Shown here one piece after another: positions 18,946 to 26,682 of a stretch of 64,000 nucleotides of DNA. The DNA is from a virus. Positions within the stretch are counted from its first letter, which is position 1. Each line of letters opens with the position of its first letter. The stretch lies in the IMG/VR virus record IMGVR_UViG_3300045988_080954; one strand, given 5' to 3'. The position numbers and the translations under genes were made by a program. The notes below the pieces were generated by a model. That model was not told the origin of the DNA. It searched no databases and saw nothing but the letters and a program-made list of their open reading frames with translations.

Positions 18946-18985
18946 ATGACCGCCAATCACTCCTTCCCGATTTGGCGGTCATTTT
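18946..18985. terminator. bidirectional intrinsic terminator between convergent endolysin and LytTR genes
   Basis: ATGACCGCCAA (18946-18956) pairs with TTGGCGGTCAT (18972-18982). A-run before and T-run after. Confidence 0.7.
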
Positions 18986-18989
18986 GCTG

Positions 18990-19688
18990 TCAGCTTATAT
19001 ATTCTTCATACATTTTTTTGATTTCTTTTGCTCCATTTTGTCTTATCCGAACAACATCCCCGGAATCCATGATGAAATTGTCACCTGCCGACTGAATGTG
19101 ATCCATGTTCACCAGATAGCTCTGATGGCAACGTAAGAATCGCTTATCAGACAGTTTTTCTTCCAGATCATTCAGCTTGCAAGTAGTCACAAAACATCGG
19201 TTATCTGTCGCGAAAATATGACAAACTCTTGCCCGGCTTTCGATGTATTCAATTTCTCCATACTTGAGCCGGTTAATCTGTCCACGGAACTTAAAAGTCA
19301 GTGTTTCGTCCCTCATTTGCGACAAGATTTCATCAATGGCTCGATATATCCTGCCGTATTCCTTGCCTTTTACCGCATATTGAACAGCACCAATATCGAA
19401 CGCTTCTCGTAGATAATTATTGTCACCCGTCCAGAATATAATGTTTCCGTTGTATCCAACATCACGAAGCCTGTTTGCGATTTCCAGACCATTTTCTCTT
19501 TCTAGAACCATATCTAGCACGATTACATCGTACCATTTTCCCTCTTTGACATCCTCAACCAGTGGATAACCTGCCGAATATTCGCTGATTTCGTAGCGAT
19601 AGTCGCCTTTGCTTCGCAAGAATCCCGATATGCGGTCTTTAAACAGATCAATGTCAAGCTGGCAGTCGTCGCATATAGCTATTCTCAT
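18990..19688 (-). CDS. orphan response regulator, receiver + LytTR DNA-binding domain (232 aa)
   Basis: MRIAICDDCQ acidic pocket and DVIVLDMVL phospho-acceptor Asp context. C-terminal half ...YIESRARVCHIF...FLRCHQSYLVNMDHI matches the LytTR pattern. No histidine kinase in the window. Confidence 0.85.
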   Translation of the reverse strand: MRIAICDDCQLDIDLFKDRISGFLRSKGDYRYEISEYSAGYPLVEDVKEGKWYDVIVLDMVLERENGLEIANRLRDVGYNGNIIFWTGDNNYLREAFDIGAVQYAVKGKEYGRIYRAIDEILSQMRDETLTFKFRGQINRLKYGEIEYIESRARVCHIFATDNRCFVTTCKLNDLEEKLSDKRFLRCHQSYLVNMDHIQSAGDNFIMDSGDVVRIRQNGAKEIKKMYEEYIS

Positions 19689-19937
19689 GCGCATTTCCCC
19701 TTTCTCGTCTCAATTTTGTCAAAATAGATAATGATTTTGACAGTACACACATTTTATTCCGTATTTGTGATACAATTCGTGTATCAAATAAAGTTTAGCA
19801 CTTGAAATTAACAGTGTAAAGCATTAAAGCTAGACAAAATTCGCAAATTGGTTTCTGTGTCCGGGAGGATGTGTGGATAAAGAGACTGCCTGTAAGAACG
19901 ACAGGTAAAGAGAAAGAGGGGCGGTTGCCCCTCTTGT

Positions 19938-20738
19938 TTATTTCACTAAATACAAAACTGAAACAGTATCTATTTTTACGCACATTCCATTCTCTAACGG
20001 TAGATTCCCAATTTCACTGGAATATAAAGAATTAATGCTTTCTAAGTCAGAACCAAGACTTTCTTTATATTTTTTTGAAGCGACATGGTATTCTTCTGAA
20101 TGTTCGTAATCATCATTTTTATAATCATCATAGCTGTCATATACGCTGATAATTCCTGCTCCGTCGGTTATTGAAAAGGTGTACTTTCCAGCAGGAATAT
20201 CTTCGCCAATAATATAAACACCTGGATTTAGCCTTCCGACATCATCAAGAGAATCGTTTTCCTGAGAATTAGAATTTTCACTTTCCACGTCTTTTAAAAC
20301 AGCTTCTTTTAATTTAGTTCCGTCTGAAAGACGCGTGATTGATAGTGAATCATCCCAAATTGAGCAAGCCAGAGTATCATTTTCGAAATTCCAAACGTTT
20401 GTTAGAATTACTCCATCATAACCACTCTTATAGAAATCATCAGTAACATAATCATAATCATACCAATCCTGCTGAGATGCTTCCGACAATACACCGGAAA
20501 CCTTTGAAGCAAATGCGCCAACTTCATCATCTGGCACGTTCTCGCTTATAACGATGCTTAGATGCAAGGATTTAGTGTTTTTGTCAATCACACATTCAGA
20601 TGCTTCGACAAACCCATCTTCGCCATTGATCTTATTAAGCATTTCATTAATGTTGTCAAAGGAAGTAGCACTGGCATTGACAGGCGAAATGCATAAAAAA
20701 GCACACATCGTTATAATTCCACAAACTCTCTTTTTCAT
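19938..20738 (-). CDS. secreted protein with signal peptide (266 aa)
   Basis: MKKRVCGIITMCAFLCISPVNASA signal. Acidic Asp/Tyr-rich body. C-terminal GVYIIGEDIPAGKYTF motif is common in Firmicutes exported proteins. Followed by hairpin GAGGGGC-aacc-GCCCCTC and a T-run on the minus strand. Confidence 0.6.
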   Translation of the reverse strand: MKKRVCGIITMCAFLCISPVNASATSFDNINEMLNKINGEDGFVEASECVIDKNTKSLHLSIVISENVPDDEVGAFASKVSGVLSEASQQDWYDYDYVTDDFYKSGYDGVILTNVWNFENDTLACSIWDDSLSITRLSDGTKLKEAVLKDVESENSNSQENDSLDDVGRLNPGVYIIGEDIPAGKYTFSITDGAGIISVYDSYDDYKNDDYEHSEEYHVASKKYKESLGSDLESINSLYSSEIGNLPLENGMCVKIDTVSVLYLVK

Positions 20739-20754
20739 AAAGCCCTCTTTTCTG

Positions 20755-21003
20755 CTAAAGAAATCTCATATACTGTACTGCAATAAAAACTACTTCAATG
20801 ATTCCGGCGATAATTCCAAACCAAGCACCTATATGTCGGTATTCTTCTTTTTTAGTTCCGATATCCACCAAACCAACAATCGCTCCTGCCAGAGCTAACG
20901 GAAACGACAAGATGATTGGTAACGGAAGAATGAACGCTACGCCTGCCAGAATACAAGAAATCACACTTAGGGTAGAATCCTTTTTCTTTTCTCTATTACC
21001 CAT
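20755..21003 (-). CDS. small membrane protein, DUF4190-like (82 aa)
   Basis: Two long hydrophobic segments separated by GTKKEEYRH. First gene of the leftward cassette. Confidence 0.55.
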   Translation of the reverse strand: MGNREKKKDSTLSVISCILAGVAFILPLPIILSFPLALAGAIVGLVDIGTKKEEYRHIGAWFGIIAGIIEVVFIAVQYMRFL

Positions 21004-21183
21004 ACTATTTCCCTCCCTTGTTAAAATTTTACAATATTATACCACTTCATACAAACTGTGTATAGTAAAATATCAAAAAAGTAAATTATTTTTGCAGAAA
21101 TACTCCGTGATTTTGCGCTTTCCAGAAAAACCACACAAATTCGTGCTATAATGTGAGATATATTTTTAGAAAGAGCTGGTAAT

Positions 21184-21507
21184 ATGGAGAAGAACAGATA
21201 CAGGATAGTCGTACTCATTCTGATATTTTGTGAAATATTCTGTGCGGTGCATATACCGCCGCATGATATGTCAGAACGCCGCCAAAGAGATGCACAGATC
21301 ATAAAGGAAGTTGCAAAGCAAATCTACCCCGTCCAGATGCAGGAGTCGAGCGAGGCCAAGGAAATTTGCAATGTCAAATGTTATATTCGCAAAAGCACAA
21401 TTTTCTTTGAGATTGCGAAGTTTGCCTACGAAATAGCAAAAGTCAATGTATATATTTGGCAGTTGCCAAGGGGGAATATCGGTGGTATAATGATGAAAAC
21501 GAACTAA
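21184..21507 (+). CDS. hypothetical protein, doubtful (107 aa)
   Basis: N-terminal hydrophobic segment but weak RBS. Overlapped by an antisense ORF of similar quality. Confidence 0.25.
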   Translation: MEKNRYRIVVLILIFCEIFCAVHIPPHDMSERRQRDAQIIKEVAKQIYPVQMQESSEAKEICNVKCYIRKSTIFFEIAKFAYEIAKVNVYIWQLPRGNIGGIMMKTN

Positions 21508-21580
21508 TGTTCGGTTCTATTTCCCACAAGCCGGACATATGCTGTAATGTAGGTGGTAGTTGTGACAGGGAGGGTTATTT

Positions 21581-21691
21581 ATGGATTATAAGAAGGAAAT
21601 TATTGAGATGATACAGAAGATAGATAGCGAAAAATTTATGAAATTCTTATACAATATGATTATTTCGTTCAAGAGCCAATGGGGATATTAG
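21581..21691 (+). CDS. small hypothetical protein (36 aa)
   Basis: Below the ORF-track cutoff. GGGAGGG lies 6 nt before the ATG. Product MDYKKEIIEMIQKIDSEKFMKFLYNMIISFKSQWGY. Followed by an AGCAGGGA/TCCCTGC hairpin with flanking A and T runs. Confidence 0.4.
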   Translation: MDYKKEIIEMIQKIDSEKFMKFLYNMIISFKSQWGY

Positions 21692-21705
21692 AAAAAAGCA
21701 GGGAA

Positions 21706-22059
21706 TTAATCCCTGCCTTTTTTGTGAAGAAATTCAATCATGTCGAAAACGCTTTTCTTATCAGATTCGCTTAATTCAATTAGCAACTTAACATGTTCAA
21801 CGACATTTGAATTTGACATCAATTTTGGAATAAAATCTGTGTCTGTTTCTAAATTTTCCTCCCATCCCATTAAACAAGCGGGTGTCGTACTAAGTGCTTT
21901 TGCTAATACATTCATATATTCGGCAGGAACTTTATCAATATCGCCTTTTTCATATCTGAATATAGTAGACCTTGACACTCCCAATTTTTCTGCCAACTCA
22001 TCAGCACTCATATTAAGTTGTTTTCTTCTTTCTTTTATTCGTTCGCCAGTTTCCGACAT
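21706..22059 (-). CDS. CI-like XRE-family repressor (117 aa)
   Basis: IKERRKQLNMSADELAEKLGVSRSTIFRYEKG is a classic XRE HTH. Divergent from a Cro-like gene. Confidence 0.8.
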   Translation of the reverse strand: MSETGERIKERRKQLNMSADELAEKLGVSRSTIFRYEKGDIDKVPAEYMNVLAKALSTTPACLMGWEENLETDTDFIPKLMSNSNVVEHVKLLIELSESDKKSVFDMIEFLHKKGRD

Positions 22060-22144
22060 TTTTCACACCTCCTTTCTAAATACATAATAACACTAATGAT
22101 GCAAAAGTGCAACAAAAATAATTGCAAAAATGCGATTTTATATG

Positions 22145-22173
22145 TTGACACATGCGACACTTTGGTGTAATAT
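22145..22173 (+). promoter_or_regulatory. rightward early promoter TTGACA-N17-TAATAT (TGt extended -10)
   Basis: TTGACA at 22145-22150 and TAATAT at 22168-22173, 45 nt upstream of the Cro-like ATG. Confidence 0.55.
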
Positions 22174-22218
22174 ATAACCACAAAGTTGCATTAATGCTAC
22201 TGGAAAGGAGGAGCGCGA

Positions 22219-22431
22219 ATGGTTGTTAATATAGCTAGACTTAAAGGAAAAATCGTTGAACGTGGAAACACTCAGGAAGCTGTTGCAAATGCAATTGGAA
22301 TGGACAGAAGCACATTCTACAGAAAACTAAAAGATGGCGGAGAGAAATTTACAATCGGAGAAATCCACGGAATCGTAAATGCAGTTCCTTTAAGCAAGGA
22401 GGAAGCTATAGATATTTTTTTTACATCATAG
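22219..22431 (+). CDS. Cro-like small HTH regulator (70 aa)
   Basis: RBS GGAAAGGAGGAG. QEAVANAIGMDRSTFYRKLKDG is an HTH. Divergent partner of the CI-like gene. Confidence 0.7.
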   Translation: MVVNIARLKGKIVERGNTQEAVANAIGMDRSTFYRKLKDGGEKFTIGEIHGIVNAVPLSKEEAIDIFFTS

Positions 22432-22473
22432 TCGCAATAATGCGACTTAAATATATTACACGAAAGGAGATAA

Positions 22474-23190
22474 ATGAACAGCTTACAGATTTTTAACTCA
22501 GAAGAGTTCGGAGAAATCCGAACAATAGAAATTGACGGGAAACCGTACTTTGTGGGAACTGATGTTGCGAAAGCTCTTGGATATAGCAATCCAAGAAAAG
22601 CGATTATTGACCATTGCAAGGGAGTAACGAAACGTGACACCCCTACATCTAGTGGCATTCAGTCAATGTCATACATAAATGAGGGAGATTTGTACCGATT
22701 GATTATGAAGTCGAAACTTCCGTCAGCAGAGAAATTCGAATCATGGGTTATGGATGAGGTCATTCCGACAATTCGAAAGACAGGTTCTTACCAGAAACCA
22801 ATGACCTTGGAAGAACAACTTCAAATCGTCGCAAAAGGAACGCTCGAAGTAAAGGAAGAAATCCGAAAGGTCAACGAAGATTTACAGGAATTCAAAAAAG
22901 ATATGCCACTTCTGGCACTGGAATGTCAGAAAATCACAAAGGCGAAGAATCAGAAAGTTGTCCCGCTGCTGGGCGGTAAGGACTCTCCGGCATACAAGGA
23001 TAATTCCATCCGTCAGCAGGTTTACAGCGACATTGATGCGCAGCTTCGAAGAGAATTTGGCGTGAACACTTACAAGGCAATCAAGAGAAACCAGTGTGAT
23101 CTGGCGGTGAAAATCATCAATGAATATGAATTGCCAATGTATCTGAAAGACCAGATTGACAGTTCTAATGCGCAGGAAAGTTTCTTATAA
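22474..23190 (+). CDS. antirepressor, Bro-N domain protein (238 aa)
   Basis: N-terminal FNSEEFGEIRTIEIDGKPYFVGTDVAKALGYSNPRKAI...LYRLIMKSKLPSAEKFESWVMDEVIP matches the Bro-N signature. Confidence 0.8.
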   Translation: MNSLQIFNSEEFGEIRTIEIDGKPYFVGTDVAKALGYSNPRKAIIDHCKGVTKRDTPTSSGIQSMSYINEGDLYRLIMKSKLPSAEKFESWVMDEVIPTIRKTGSYQKPMTLEEQLQIVAKGTLEVKEEIRKVNEDLQEFKKDMPLLALECQKITKAKNQKVVPLLGGKDSPAYKDNSIRQQVYSDIDAQLRREFGVNTYKAIKRNQCDLAVKIINEYELPMYLKDQIDSSNAQESFL

Positions 23191-23207
23191 GAAAGAGAGG
23201 TGGAAAA

Positions 23208-23456
23208 GTGACGGAATTAAAAGTTGTCAGAAATCTCGAATCAGGAAAACTGATGCGTGGAGATAACGAACTCGGAAACGCAAAGTATTTCTTGCGGAAA
23301 GAAAACGGCGAAGAAGTGTATTTGGAAGATATAATCGCAAGCCTGGCATTCAGCTTTGGAGAACAGGTGGAAGAAAATATTAAAAATGGCATAGATGAAC
23401 CATATCTTGCCTATGCCCTTGATGTTTTGTCTAACGTACGCAGATTAGGTATTTGA
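23208..23456 (+). CDS. hypothetical protein (82 aa)
   Basis: GTG start after GAGGTGGA. Co-oriented early gene. Confidence 0.45.
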   Translation: MTELKVVRNLESGKLMRGDNELGNAKYFLRKENGEEVYLEDIIASLAFSFGEQVEENIKNGIDEPYLAYALDVLSNVRRLGI

Positions 23457-23694
23457 AACACTGGATGAATATTTTATTTCTTTCCCAAATTTAAGAAAAA
23501 ATGTTCATCGTGTGCTTCCAGAAGTTCAGAGAACTCTTTGCGAATTTGAAAATACTTTTGGCAAATATGAGCATCGTCAAAATAAGCATGTTCCAATTCG
23601 TGACTTATTCAAAATAGCTAAATCATGAGCAATTTGTAACTTGTCCATCGTTATCACCTCCTTCAAGGTGATTATAACACAGAAGGAGTAGAAA

Positions 23695-23922
23695 ATGTTC
23701 AACCATGAAAAGTTAAGAGGAAGAATCGTTGAGAAATACGGGAGCCAGAGAACCTTCTGCGGATTCTTCGGGAAAAATGAAATCACTCTTTCTCGGAAGA
23801 TTAACGGGGAGGTTGACTGGAAGCAAAGCGAAATCATGAAGGCAATACGCCTTCTGGGACTTTCAGTAAAAGACATCCCAGAGTATTTCTTCAACGAAAT
23901 AAAGAAAGGGACAGAGAAATGA
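23695..23922 (+). CDS. small HTH-like protein, paralogue of the Cro-like gene (75 aa)
   Basis: LRGRIVEKYGSQRTF...LSRKINGEVDWKQSEI...IPEYFF aligns by eye with LKGKIVERGNTQEAV...FYRKLKDGGEKFTIGEI...AIDIFF of 22219..22431. Confidence 0.55.
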   Translation: MFNHEKLRGRIVEKYGSQRTFCGFFGKNEITLSRKINGEVDWKQSEIMKAIRLLGLSVKDIPEYFFNEIKKGTEK

Positions 23923-24083
23923 GAAAATCGTTAATCCTGTCAACAATCATCGGCGGCATGAGTCCATATCTCCCGTTCTGGAGATTTGACAATGCTTCTG
24001 ACCCGGTGATTGTTGGACTGATAGTTGGGTTTCTTACATTTGCCGTTCTGTACCCGGATGAGGTGGTGAAAAAAGATGATTAA
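23919..24083 (+). CDS. small membrane protein (54 aa)
   Basis: Below the cutoff. ATGA overlap with the upstream stop. Hydrophobic VIVGLIVGFLTFAVL segment. Confidence 0.35.
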   Translation: MRKSLILSTIIGGMSPYLPFWRFDNASDPVIVGLIVGFLTFAVLYPDEVVKKDD

Positions 24084-24588
24084 AACAGAATACGGTCATA
24101 CAAACCTGAGAGGGAACAATGCAATGGTCATTACAGATTTTATCTCAGCCACGGAAGCCGTTAAGGACATGTTGGTAAGGGACTGCTACATGACCGAAGC
24201 GCAGGCAAAACGGAAGATTTTAGAGTCTGTGGATATTGCGTTGGAAGGCTGCACCATCCTGAAAAAGGATAAGGTGGAGAAGCCAGAGACGGTAGGTATT
24301 ATTGAAAAGAAAGTGGAGGAAAGAAAGATGATTAATACAAAAGTGGGAAAAATCACACTCGAAGGCAGTAAAGCAGAATTAATATCTGACTTAGCTGTTA
24401 TCGTTCGGGGAATCAAAGAAACTATTATGGAAGACGATAAAGAAACAGAGGAATCTGTGAAACAGGATATTGACGAAGCGGTCAAAGTCGGATTGATGAA
24501 CGAAGAAGAATTTAACAAAAAAATCAAGGAACCTGTAGCAACGCTTATTAAAGATTTATTCAGAGGGCTTTTCGATGAAGACAAATGA
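24076..24588 (+). CDS. hypothetical protein (170 aa)
   Basis: Co-oriented early gene, Glu/Lys-rich, overlaps its neighbours. Confidence 0.5.
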   Translation: MIKTEYGHTNLRGNNAMVITDFISATEAVKDMLVRDCYMTEAQAKRKILESVDIALEGCTILKKDKVEKPETVGIIEKKVEERKMINTKVGKITLEGSKAELISDLAVIVRGIKETIMEDDKETEESVKQDIDEAVKVGLMNEEEFNKKIKEPVATLIKDLFRGLFDEDK

Positions 24589-24904
24589 ATTTGATAAGAC
24601 CGTAGATGAACTGTACCAGTTGTGCAGGAGAGTTCAGAAAGAAACAAATGTAAGTGTAGGCTTTGAAGTCATAAATTATGAAGACGGAAGAATTGCAAGT
24701 GTAAGAATTTATGACGGAATATTCACAGCAAAAGCAAACATGAAAATGTATTATATCTGTGAAAACGGTGATGAAGAAGAAAACATTCAGGAAACTAAGA
24801 ATCACTTGAATCAGTTGCTTATAAACAAGCCGTGTCCGTATTGTGAGGAGGATTGCAATGGAGAAAGAAAACAAGATGGATTTCAGAGCAGAGACCGTAG
24901 CTGA
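24575..24904 (+). CDS. hypothetical protein (109 aa)
   Basis: ATG ORF overlapping the previous stop. CPYCEEDC motif near the C-terminus. Confidence 0.45.
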   Translation: MKTNEFDKTVDELYQLCRRVQKETNVSVGFEVINYEDGRIASVRIYDGIFTAKANMKMYYICENGDEEENIQETKNHLNQLLINKPCPYCEEDCNGERKQDGFQSRDRS

Positions 24905-25037
24905 AGAGTATGCAGAGCTGGTAGGCAGATTAAAGGCATTTGAAGCGTATCTGAACACAACCGAAGCAAATACGTATTTAAAGAAAGAAGTTTGTGCAGC
25001 TATGCTCGGACTGAATTTGGAGGACAAGGAAAAATGA
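24858..25037 (+). CDS. hypothetical protein (59 aa)
   Basis: ATG at 24858 follows GAGGAGGA. Helical Glu/Ala-rich product. Confidence 0.4.
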   Translation: MEKENKMDFRAETVAEEYAELVGRLKAFEAYLNTTEANTYLKKEVCAAMLGLNLEDKEK

Positions 25038-25765
25038 AATGCTATAAGGGATTTGACAAAGACTTAAAATGCTGTGATTTTCAGTATGAAATCGGTAAGG
25101 AGTATGAAGAAGAAAGAGCCGAGATTTGCGATACTGGATTTCATGCTTGTGAGAATCCGTTGGATGTATTTGGATATTATGCACCGGCTGATTCCAGATA
25201 TTGTGAAGTCGAGCTGGATGCAAACGATCAGAAATCTGACGACAGCAAGAGAGTAGGAAAGAAGATTTCTATTAAAGCAGAAATCGGAATTGCCGGAATT
25301 ATTAAAGCCGGTCTGGAGTACATCAAAGATCAGGTTAACTGGGACGATGATAAAAAGTCCAACACCGGATACCGCTCAGCGGCAACCAACACCGGAAACT
25401 GTTCAGCGGCAACCAACACCGGATACCGCTCAGCGGCAACCAACACCGGATACCGGTCAGCGGCAACCAACACCGGATACCGCTCAGCGGCAACCAACAC
25501 CGGATACCGGTCAGCGGCAACCAACACTGGAGATCAGTCAGCGGCAACAGTAGAAGGAAAAGAAAGCGTCGCAATGGCCATTGGATACAATTCTAAAGCT
25601 AAAGGTTCGCTTGGATGCTTTATTGTACTGGCAGAATACAAAAATCTGGGACGTGAATACCACATCGTAGATGTGAAAAGTGCAAAAGTTGACGGTAAAA
25701 AGATTAAGCCAGATACATTCTACAAACTCATTAACGGCGAATTTGTAGAAGCAGATAAAGAGTAA
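25034..25765 (+). CDS. repeat protein: Cys/His N-domain + seven NTGYRSAAT nonapeptide repeats (243 aa)
   Basis: ATG at 25034 follows AAGGAAAA. N-domain KGFDKDLKCCDFQYEIGKEYEE...GFHACENPLDVFGYY is a widespread phage domain recalled without a firm family name. The repeats are read directly. Confidence 0.7.
   Translation: MKCYKGFDKDLKCCDFQYEIGKEYEEERAEICDTGFHACENPLDVFGYYAPADSRYCEVELDANDQKSDDSKRVGKKISIKAEIGIAGIIKAGLEYIKDQVNWDDDKKSNTGYRSAATNTGNCSAATNTGYRSAATNTGYRSAATNTGYRSAATNTGYRSAATNTGDQSAATVEGKESVAMAIGYNSKAKGSLGCFIVLAEYKNLGREYHIVDVKSAKVDGKKIKPDTFYKLINGEFVEADKE
25361..25549 (+). repeat. 7 x 27-bp near-identical in-frame tandem repeat
   Basis: Unit AACACCGGATACCG(C/G)TCAGCGGCAACC. Copies 2 and 7 are diverged (NTGNCSAAT, NTGDQSAAT). 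Confidence 0.95.
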
Positions 25766-25892
25766 GAAAGCCCTGCGGGTGCGACCACACCACGCAGAGC
25801 CGTGTATCTAACTTGATTAGGAAGTTAAATACAGGTTAAGTATATCACACCTTCCTGTATTTATCAATAAATAATTTAGGAGGGCATTTTTT

Positions 25893-26087
25893 ATGTCAAA
25901 CACACACACATCCAAAACACAGAAGCCTCTTGCAAGCGAGATTATTTCTGATCTGGAGACAGATATTGAGAAACTCGAAGCAAGAAACCAGAAACTTAGC
26001 AACATCATTTTGAAACAAGCAGCACTCTTTATCGAGGTGTTACTACTTTTAAACGAAGAAGGTGATTTGAAAAATGAAGATGCGTGA
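25893..26087 (+). CDS. hypothetical coiled-coil protein (64 aa)
   Basis: RBS AGGAGGG. Helical Leu/Glu-rich product. Confidence 0.45.
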   Translation: MSNTHTSKTQKPLASEIISDLETDIEKLEARNQKLSNIILKQAALFIEVLLLLNEEGDLKNEDA

Positions 26088-26682
26088 TGAGAACCAGGTA
26101 CTGTTGTCCGGTGATATCCCGGCAGGGTTTGCTTTTTCTCATGAAGAATGTGGCGGCCGGAAAATGTACATCGGAGACATGATTATATTCAGAAAAGGCA
26201 ACCCTATTTACGATATTCTTCCGGTGATTGTGCCGGAAGAAATGTACCGGGAAGGTACAGAACATCTTGTTTACGTAATCGGAGAAATGCGTAGCAGAAG
26301 AATTTGGGATGGGGAACGAAAAACGACATTAAACTACATCAGAGCTATAGATATCAAATATCTGGAAAAACCAGAGGAAAACGATGCAAACGAAGTTTGC
26401 CTGATCGGAGAGAGTGCATTTGAACCGGTATCTGTAAAAGAGTGCAAAAAAAAGAAGTTTTCCAGAGTTATTCTGAATGTAAAAAGAAGCAAGAGAAGTA
26501 ATGAGACAAAATTTGACAGTATTTGTTGTCAATTCTGGAATGAAAATGCAGAGCTGGCAGCAGGATTGAGACAGGGGCAGAAAGTAAAAGTATCCGGAAG
26601 ATTTCAGAGCTACGAGAAAAAGGGATGCGATTTGCAGGAACAGGTATATGTATATGTGAACAGCTTGGAGGTTTTGAAGTGA
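26074..26682 (+). CDS. OB-fold SSB-like protein, tentative (202 aa)
   Basis: Two N-x-V-x-L-x-G segments. C-terminal WNENAELAAGLRQGQKVKVSGRFQSY resembles the SSB L45 region. Position is next to the RecT module. Confidence 0.4.
   Translation: MKMRDENQVLLSGDIPAGFAFSHEECGGRKMYIGDMIIFRKGNPIYDILPVIVPEEMYREGTEHLVYVIGEMRSRRIWDGERKTTLNYIRAIDIKYLEKPEENDANEVCLIGESAFEPVSVKECKKKKFSRVILNVKRSKRSNETKFDSICCQFWNENAELAAGLRQGQKVKVSGRFQSYEKKGCDLQEQVYVYVNSLEVLK

Noticed and set aside
23577-23894. 105-aa minus-strand ORF and a 23-codon remnant (MDKLQIAHDLAILNK...) that hints at an ImmA-like HExxH fragment
   Set aside because: The long ORF is antisense to a good HTH gene. The remnant is too short and lacks the full motif. 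At most it is a decayed gene fragment.
25290-25574. Three extra ORFs over the 27-bp repeats (25290..25553 plus; 25330..25527 and 25335..25574 minus)
   Set aside because: These are artefacts of the tandem repeat being open in several frames. Their peptides are pure repeat read-outs.
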